Origin: Eledone cirrhosa
Lineage: Eukaryota
NCBI GenBank assembly: GCA_964016885.1
Contig: OZ024741.1
Location: 404,364,001-404,428,000 of the forward strand
Direction of reading: 5' to 3'
DNA length: 64,000 nt
The translations under genes were made by a program, and so were the position numbers. The notes beneath the pieces are model-generated. The model did no database searches. It was not told the origin of the DNA and saw only the letters and a program-made list of their open reading frames with translations. Within the stretch, counting starts at the first letter, position 1. Every line of letters begins with the position of its first letter. Positions 54,969-64,000 of the stretch are shown in pieces.

Positions 54969-55191
54969 ATATATATAGATACATATATATATATATACAT
55001 ATATATATATTCGTTTATTTATTTTTCATTATATCTGGTTAATAAAGAAAGCATTATATATATTTATTAACATCTATCTATGTATTTATATATATATTTG
55101 TTCCTCTCCTTCTCTTTCTTTATATATATGTTATCAAGAGAAAGAGAGCGAGAGAGAGAGAAAGAGAGGGGGACAAACAGATAGACAGAGG

Positions 55192-55237
<46 letters not shown>

Positions 55238-55915
55238 TAGGGGGGAGAAAGAGAAGGGGACAAACAGAGGGACAGAGAGAGTGAACTAATGCGTTCCTCT
55301 TCACACCGCCAATAATATACACGTAAATTAGACACATTTAAATAGTTGGACAAATGTTGAAATAGATTAAAATAAACACCCGATGTATTTTTGGACGACT
55401 TCAACTGGCTGCTTATTTGACATTTGAACTAATCGAAGATAGGAAAATATAATTAATATTCCGCTACAATTTCTACATGGGGTAATTAAGGAAATATTTT
55501 CAAAATTGGAGTCACGCCGCCGCAATGATTGACGAAATCTGCTGCGCAATGTAACCTGCATAACTGCTTACATCTAATTAAAATATAAACAACGGCTTCC
55601 GTATAAGAAGAGAAAAGATTATCAAAACAAAATGGTGGACAACAGTTTGTGGATTGTGTTATGTGATGATGTGCTAGCATCTAAATTTAGGCTGTAAACT
55701 AGCGAGGAAGGGACTAATTAAAGTTTACCTTTGACTTCAACTGTCAAAAACTAGAGATATTTACGAGTAGGTTTGCTTTTCAAATGACATGCCATGTGGA
55801 ACATAACTACCTTTCTTCACCTGTTTCATAAAACAAACACACATACACACAGACAGATACATACACAGACACACGCACACGCACATATACACACACAAAT
55901 AAAGACACACACACA

Positions 55916-55956
<41 letters not shown>

Positions 55957-56071
55957 GTGTGTTTACATATACAGACTTTGTACTGTATGTAGTTACACAT
56001 TGTTTATATTATTTTCTTGTTCGAAATATTTAATGACAGCCAGATTCGTCTTCCGTTCTAAAATAAGAGAC

Positions 56072-58819
56072 TTATGTGACAACGGTGGTGTTAGGGTTAT
56101 GTGACAATGGTGGTGTTAGGGTTGTGTGACAATGATGGTGTTAGGGTTATGTGACAATGGTGGCGTTAGGGTTGTGTGACAATGGTGGTGTTAGGGTTGT
56201 GTGACAATGATGGTGTTAGGGTTGTGTGACAAGGGTGGTGTTAGGGTTGTGTGACAATGGTGGTGTTAGGGTTGTGTGACAATGGTGGTGTTAGGGTTGT
56301 GTGACAATGATGGTGTTAGGGTTGTGTGACAATGATGGTGTTAGGGTTGTGTGACAAGGGTGGTGTTAGGGTTGTGTGACAATGATGGTGTTAGGGTTGT
56401 GTGACAATGGTGGTGTTAGGGTTGTGTGACAATGGTGGTGTTAGGGTTGTGTGACAATGGTGGTGTTAGGGTTGTGTGACAATGATGGTGTTAGGGTTGT
56501 GTGACAATGATGGTGTTAGGGTTATGTGACAATGGTGGTGTTAGGGTTGTGTGACAATGGTGGTGTTAGGGTTGTGTGACAATGATGGTGTTAGGGTTGT
56601 GTGACAATGATGGTGTTAGGGTTGTGTGACAATGATGGTGTTAGGGTTGTGTGACAATGATGGTGTTAGGGTTGTGTGACAATGATGGTGTTAGGGTTGT
56701 GTGACAATGGTGGTGTTAGGGTTGTGTGACAATGATGGTGTTAGGGTTATGTGACAATGATGGTGTTAGGGTTGTGTGACAATGGTGGTGTTAGGGTTGT
56801 GTGACAATGATGGTGTTAGGGTTGTGTGACAATGGTGGTGTTAGGGTTGTGTGACAATGGTGGTGTTAGGGTTGTGTGACAATGATGGTGTTAGGGTTAT
56901 GTGACAATGGTGGTGTTAGGGTTGTGTGACAATGATGGTGTTAGGGTTATGTGACAATGGTGGTGTTAGGGTTGTGTGACAATGGTGGTGTTAGGGTTGT
57001 GTGACAATGATGGTGTTAGGGTTATGTGACAATGGTGGTGTTAGGGTTGTGTGACAATGATGGTGTTAGGGTTATGTGACAATGATGGTGTTAGGGTTGT
57101 GTGACAATGATGGTGTTAGGGTTGTGTGACAATGGTGGTGTTAGGGTTGTGTGACAATGGTGGTGTTAGGGTTGTGTGACAATGGTGGTGTTAGGGTTGT
57201 ATGACAATGGTGGTGTTAGGGTTGTGTGACAATGGTGGTGTTAGGGTTGTGTGACAATGATGGTGTTAGGGTTGTGTGACAATGATGGTGTTAGGGTTGT
57301 GTGACAATGATGGTGTTAGGGTTGTGTGACAATGATGGTGTTAGGGTTGTGTGACAATGATGGTGTTAGGGTTGTGTGACAATGGTGGTGTTAGGGTTGT
57401 GTGACAATGATGGTGTTAGGGTTATGTGACAATGATGGTGTTAGGGTTGTGTGACAATGGTGGTGTTAGGGTTGTGTGACAATGATGGTGTTAGGGTTGT
57501 GTGACAATGGTGGTGTTAGGGTTGTGTGACAATGGTGGTGTTAGGGTTGTGTGACAATGATGGTGTTAGGGTTATGTGACACTGGTGGTGTTAGGGTTGT
57601 GTGACAATGATGGTGTTAGGGTTATGTGACAATGGTGGTGTTAGGGTTGTGTGACAATGGTGGTGTTAGGGTTGTGTGACAATGATGGTGTTAGGGTTAT
57701 GTGACAATGGTGGTGTTAGGGTTGTGTGACAATGATGGTGTTAGGGTTATGTGACAATGATGGTGTTAGGGTTGTGTGACAATGATGGTGTTAGGGTTAT
57801 GTGACAATGATGGTGTTAGGGTTGTGTGACAATGATGGTGTTAGGGTTGTGTGACAATGGTGGTGTTAGGGTTGTGTGACAATGGTGGTGTTAGGGTTGT
57901 GTGACAAGGGTGGTGTTAGGGTTGTGTGACAATGGTGGTGTTAGGGTTGTGTGACAATGGTGGTGTTAGGGTTGTGTGACAATGGTGGTGTTAGGGTTGT
58001 GTGACAATGATAGTGTTAGGGTTGTGTGACAATGGTGGTGTTAGGGTTGTGTGACAATGGTGGTGTTAGGGTTGTGTGACAATGGTGGTGTTAGGGTTGT
58101 GTGACAATGGTGGTGTTAGGGTTGTGTGACAATGGTGGTGTTAGGGTTGTGTGACAATGGTGGTGTTAGGGTTGTGTGACAATGGTGGTGTTAGGGTTGT
58201 GTGACAATGGTGGTGTTAGGGTTGTGTGACAATGGTGGTGTTAGGGTTGTGTGACAATGGTGGTGTTAGGGTTGTGTGACAATGGTGGTGTTAGGGTTGT
58301 GTGACAATGGTGGTGTTAGGGTTGTGTGACAATGATAGTGTTAGGGTTGTGTGACAATGGTGGTGTTAGGGTTGTGTGACAATGGTCGTGTTAGGGTTAT
58401 GTGACAATGGTGGTGTTAGGGTTATGTGACAATGGTGGTGTTAGGGTTATGTGACAATGATGGTGTTAGGGTTATGTGACAATGGTGGTGTTAGGCTTAT
58501 GTGACAATGGTGGTTTTAGGGTTATGTGACAATGGTGGTGTTAGGGTTATGTGACAACGGTGGTGTTAGGGTTATGTGACAATGGTGGTGTTAGGGTTAT
58601 GTGACAATGATGGTGTTAGGGTTATGTGACAATGGTGGTGTTAGGGTTATGTGACAATGGTGGTGTTAGGGTTGTGTGACAATGGTGGTGTTAGGGTTAT
58701 GTGACAATGATGGTGTTAGGGTTGTGTGACAATGGTGGTGTTAGGGTTATGTGACAATGATGGTGTTAGGGTTGTGTGACAATGGTGGTGTTAGGGTTAT
58801 GTGACAATGGTGGTGTTAG
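56072..58819 (+). repeat. 25-bp minisatellite, about 110 copies, each containing TTAGGG
   Basis: Unit GTTAGGGTTRTGTGACAATGRTGGT. Confidence 0.97.
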
Positions 58820-59019
58820 TGTTTGTGTCGCCTCATCTACGCCATCAACTTTATCTAAAGTCACACGTCAACCTCCAGTCACCAAACTAATTGTTAAATG
58901 TATCCCAAGTTTTTCTATCTAGTTTCAGGTATAGTGTATCCAGAACTACAAAATTAAATATGTTCGCTTTTCAAACGGCGCTAATGTGTTTTTCGAGGTG
59001 TTTTGCTGATATTTCGAGC

Positions 59020-59069
<50 letters not shown>

Positions 59070-59072
<3 letters not shown>

Positions 59073-59326
59073 AAACGGAACTTAAACCGTTAATGTCTGA
59101 TTCCTGGGTATGTCACTATTTATAAAACAAATTTTATATTTTATCTGATGAGAGCGTACCAAAGTGTTGGTACCCTTGAAATATATATAATAGAATAAAT
59201 ATGGTTTTCTAAATATAGTTTGCATTTATTAATATCACTGATATTATACTCCAGAAAGCTTGTCGATTGCTTCGAATCTGTTATAAACATATTTGTTCAA
59301 TTACCAACAAATTAAATATCTCTTTG

Positions 59327-59328
<2 letters not shown>
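59070..59328 (+). mobile_element. single-arm hammerhead element in (TA)n (ribozyme 59139-59195), same family as 33456 and 44690
   Basis: TTTTAT-CTGATGA-GAGCGTACC...GGTACCCTT-GAAAT-ATAT-ATA-ATAGAA; downstream TATACTCC and tail. Confidence 0.8.
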
Positions 59329-59417
<89 letters not shown>

Positions 59418-59665
59418 GTGTGTATATATATACACACAGACACACACACCAACCAGTGGTTTCTTGAAGACAGATATTTATATCTTCATCTGGATTCCAT
59501 GTTATTCTTTCTGACGACTGAAGACAGATATAAATATCTGTCTTCAAAAAACCACTGGTAAATGAATTAATTATCTTATGTTGTTTATTGTTTATTACAT
59601 AACTAAAAAGCTCTGTAGCCTACAGAGAGCACTCTCTTTTCCTTTACCTTTCCTACGGAAATATG

Positions 59666-59715
<50 letters not shown>

Positions 59716-59912
59716 AAATAAAGATCCGAAGGCATGGTATAAATTTCCAAAATGATTGGAAATTTATAACATGCCTTGTATTTATACAAATACTCCGTTT
59801 TACATCATCTAGTTGTTCCCGGAAATGGAATTGGATATATACAGAAGCGTCTAAATCTTAATATTGCTAACAAAAGTTTATTGGAATGTATGACACAACC
59901 AATAATACACCT

Positions 59913-59951
<39 letters not shown>

Positions 59952-60201
59952 CTATAATGATGAAAAACAAGGATTCAGTGTTGCATTATACCATATATAA
60001 TAACATATTACATATGTTTCTCTATCGTTCAGTTCGTGGCAAGATCTATTATAGATCGAACCTGACTCTGTAATCGAAAGGTCGTCCGCCGAAACATCTA
60101 TGATCTGCAGTTAACAGCAGATGAAAGGGTTCTTCTCTAGTTTCGTCCATATTACCACCTTAAACTTTGTTTACAGTAGCCACACAGCCCGCTTCGTTTC
60201 T

Positions 60202-60235
<34 letters not shown>

Positions 60236-60600
60236 TGAATGTATATATAGTGTATTTTGCACTCCCTTTGCCTACTGAAAATTATGAATGTTGGATTCTT
60301 ATAGAATTCCAGCAATAATCAGGAACTGATTATACAGAGCTGTTGCCGGTCCATCAAAAATTGAAAATTAGAATTGGTGCTCTGAAATAGCGATATATAT
60401 ATATATATGAATGTATATATAGTGTATTTTACAATACACTGTATGCTTAATTAAAACCATTTTGAAGACCCTACGCTATTGTTTTAAAGTAGTTAGTATG
60501 TCACTTACTTCTTTTTTCAGCATACAGTGTATTGCAAAATACACTATATATACATTCATATATATATATCGCTATTGCAGAGCACCAATTCTAATATATG

Positions 60601-60744
<144 letters not shown>

Positions 60745-60785
60745 TGTGTGTTTGTGTGTGTTTGTGTGTGTGTGTTTGTGTGTGT

Positions 60786-61098
60786 GAATGAAGTGATTCC
60801 GTCGGAAAGGTCCAGGAAAAAAGAGTACTCTATGTAGGTTACAGAGCTTATTAGTTATGTAATAAACAACATAAGATAATTATTTCATTTACCAATGGTT
60901 TCTTGAAAGCAACCAAAATGTTTTTTATTCATCAGAATGAAAAAAGTCCTGGTGTCTTTATTGACAGTGGTTTTGAAAAACCACTGTCAATAAAGACACC
61001 AGAATTTTTTCATTCTGATGAATGAAAGCAATTTTGGTTGCTTTCAAGAAACCATTGGTAAATGAAATAATTATCTTATGTTGTTTATTACATAACTA
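60786..61098. mobile_element. fold-back element with two hammerheads (60883-60942 minus; 61008-61067 plus)
   Basis: ~122-bp arms. TTTCATT-CTGATGA-ATGAAAGCAA...TTGCTTTCAA-GAAAC-CATTG-GTA-AATGAAA. Tail on the left arm. Confidence 0.85.
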
Positions 61099-61158
61099 TA
61101 TATATATATATATATATATAAGAAACGAAGCGGGCTATATATATATATATATTGACTT

Positions 61159-61209
<51 letters not shown>

Positions 61210-61429
61210 TTGACTTACACACAGACACACCTACAGACATACACACAGGCACACGCCCCCCCCCCCCCCACAGCACACACATACACTCACACATAGATCA
61301 TCCTGTAACTTCTGAGGGAGTTGTCGGTGCGTTGAAGTGACACACGGCGTTTTAAGAGCAATTTTAAACCATACCGGATCATACCTGGTATGGTTTACTT
61401 CGTTGAAAGAATCCGAAACATATGCATAT

Positions 61430-61680
61430 ATGTGTGTGTGTTACAGCTCACACATATGCAGGTTTAGCTGGCCTCCTCCAAGGTATATCTCGTTGGAGGT
61501 GTCTTGGTTAATTTAATGATAGGGACCCCAGTCCTATCATCTCATTTCTACAGCTGAGTAAACTGAAGCAATGTGAAATAAAGTGTCTTGCTCAAGGAAA
61601 CAACACATAACCCGGTCCGAGAATTGAACTCACAACCTTTCTATTGCAAGGCCAATGCTCTAGCCACTAAGCCATGCGCC
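61430..61680 (-). mobile_element. CORE-type SINE family 2 copy
   Basis: Reverse complement of the family 2 sequence. Confidence 0.8.
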
Positions 61681-62207
61681 AAGAAAAGCATTACATGGAC
61701 CGTAAGGTGGAGTATGAAAAATATTAATTGAAAAATATACCTCGTTTGGTCACATTCCACGAGAGTATTTTTGCTAGTCTTTGATATTCTCAATAGTCTT
61801 CATTTCGTGTTGTAAAGACTGGCGATAGTCTTACGACCCGCCCTGGGAAGCGTGTGATGGACGCTCCAAGGTTGCGTATCCCTCGGGTATTCGAGAGTAT
61901 GCAGAAATATGAAATAGATGAATAAACTTGATATCGTTTTACCGCCATTAATGAAAATCATTGCTGTATGTCTTAATTAATTATATATTATTTAAATGGT
62001 TGAGCTATGGCAACTATAGTGTTCTTGGCCCCAGGGCCACCTACCAACTCATCGCCATCGGCACAGAATTAGCTACCCGCAGGTCTGAGCCTTGGGAGCT
62101 GGAATGACTCTTCCAATACGTCTCCTTCACCATTCCTCTGGGAAATCCCTTCTCTGATCTATTCCTCAGTGCAGGTGGGACGGCCTTTCATGGACCCCCA
62201 TTTGCTC

Positions 62208-62591
62208 ATAATAATTGTTTCTACTTTTGGCACAAAGTCAACAATTACCTCAGTGTATTACTGGTACTTTATTTTATCGACTCCGTAAGGATGAGAGGCA
62301 AAGTTAAACCCCGCGGGATTTGAACTCAAATTGGCAAGGGCCGTAACTCTATGCGTCAAAGCATGACGTCCGTCCCTCTACCGTTACTGCCAATCCATCG
62401 CATTTGCTAATAATAATTGTTTCTACTTTTGGCACAAGGCCATAAATTAGCTAGTACATTACTGGTACTTTTTTATCGACCCCACAAGGATGAAAGGCAA
62501 AGTTAACCTTGGCGGGATTTGAACTCATAATAGCAAGGGCCGTAACTCTATGCGTCAAAGCATGGTGTCCGACCCTCTACCGATACTGCCA
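62208..62591 (-). mobile_element. two tandem SINE family 1 copies
   Basis: Head, core and tail motifs on the minus strand. Confidence 0.85.
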
Positions 62592-62691
62592 GAGCGAGAG
62601 AGACGGGTACAGTGAGAGAAAGCGAGAGAACATCAACACTTATTTACGTATCTATTCCTTTGTATTCGAAATGGTTACAGTTAATCGATTC

Positions 62692-62741
<50 letters not shown>

Positions 62742-62742
62742 C

Positions 62743-62904
<162 letters not shown>

Positions 62905-63029
62905 GGAACACTATAATATATATGTAGAGATAATAAGACGATTACCGTTATCGGATACAGACGATACTGCTTCAGAATTTGTAGTTCTTATGTATATCCA
63001 ATTACTAGAGAATTCATACAAATTAATCA

Positions 63030-63545
63030 ACTAACTTACACTAGTGATGTGGTCTGGGAATAAAATAGCAATCGTCTGGAAAAGAATGAATATTAAAATA
63101 TCTTATAGAACATATATAACTAGCAATTGTACCCGGAGTTGCCTCGGTATTTAGATAACCGTTTTTTATTTTATACACAATTAGCCGAAAATTGTTAAAA
63201 TTAATCCAACTTAACAAACTTACACTAGTATTGTGTTTTGTGAATAAAATCTCAATCGTTTGGAAGAGAAAGAGGGACTCAATATTAAAATAATTCATAG
63301 AATAAATACAACTAGTAGTTGCTCCCAGAGTCGCTCAGGTCCCGAATATCTAGAAACAAGTTTTTTATATACCCAATCCTCAGAGAATCGATACAAAGTA
63401 ATCCCACTTAGCTAAATTACAATAGTATGGTGTTCTGTGAATAATATCTCAATCATTTGGAAAAGGCTGAAGATTAAAATATCTCATAGAATATATATAA
63501 TTAGTAGTTGGCCCCGGGGTTTCCCGTGTCACTAATATTTAGGAA
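63030..63545 (-). repeat. ~190-bp degenerate tandem repeat with Helitron-like 3' ends
   Basis: Units at 63119, 63311 and 63500; the minus strand reads CCGAGGCAACTCCGGGTACAATTGCTAG|T. Confidence 0.5.
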
Positions 63546-63702
63546 AATGTCCATTTAGTTTTTTTCTTTCTGGGTTTGTTTATTCAGGTTAAAGAATATC
63601 GGTTAGCAATATAAACAAAGTAAATGGATAATACCATTATAAATGCATTTCTGGCTTTTATACCGAATAATAATAATATAATAATATTATTAATATTCGA
63701 TT

Positions 63703-63892
63703 GGGCGGTGGATTGGCAGTATCGGTAGAGAATCGGACGCCATGCTTTCCAGCATAGTTACGTCCCTTTACGGTCCGAGTTCAAATCCCGCCGCGGTTAA
63801 CTTTGCCTTTCTTCCTTACGGGGTCAATAAAATAAAGTACCAGTAATGAACTGGGTAATTGCTGGCCTTGTGCCAAAAGTAGAAACAATTAT
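63703..63892 (+). mobile_element. SINE family 1 copy with clear target-site duplication
   Basis: ATTATTAATATTCGATT on both sides. Confidence 0.9.
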
Positions 63893-64000
63893 TAATATTC
63901 GATTCGGTTCATAACGCTATATGTTTTTAGACGAATGCATTTACGTATCCGTTTGTGAAAACAAATTTTGTTTGTAACATTAAAAAACAAATAATTGTTT

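Noticed and set aside
59955-60200. Possible hammerhead in a (TA)n-flanked insert
   Set aside because: Only GAAAC-ATAT-GTA (minus) is present; no CTGAnGA core found. The same holds for the degenerate cores at 12787-12872 and 32547-32593, which were not counted as intact.

Overview
Repeat-saturated, AT-rich animal genomic DNA with no recognisable host gene. The SINE content and microsatellite load suggest a cephalopod such as Octopus (inference). The window holds: a near full-length but disrupted L1/Tx1-type LINE (7.9-12.0 kb, minus); three 5'-truncated Penelope-like retroelements resembling the Naiad group (34.0-37.6 kb +, 37.7-39.9 kb -, 49.5-53.3 kb +); about 30 copies of a tRNA-derived SINE; four CORE-type SINEs; CR1, RTE, Tc1 and GIY-YIG remnants; piggyBac, hAT, mariner and Helitron-type non-autonomous elements; and several mini- and microsatellites. 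The most striking signal is a set of short, sequence-diverse elements embedded mostly in (TA)n tracts. Many are fold-back palindromes with one arm extended by an 80-100 nt tail. They carry minimal type I hammerhead ribozyme motifs (about 18 near-complete cores read by eye), with covarying stem I/II and self-complementary stem III. One is homologous to the terminal repeat and tail of the 49.5-53.3 kb Penelope-like element. One Penelope-like remnant also has an in-frame TGA exactly at the first Cys of its conserved CxxC motif, a possible selenocysteine codon. All calls were made by eye and coordinates are approximate to a few bases.
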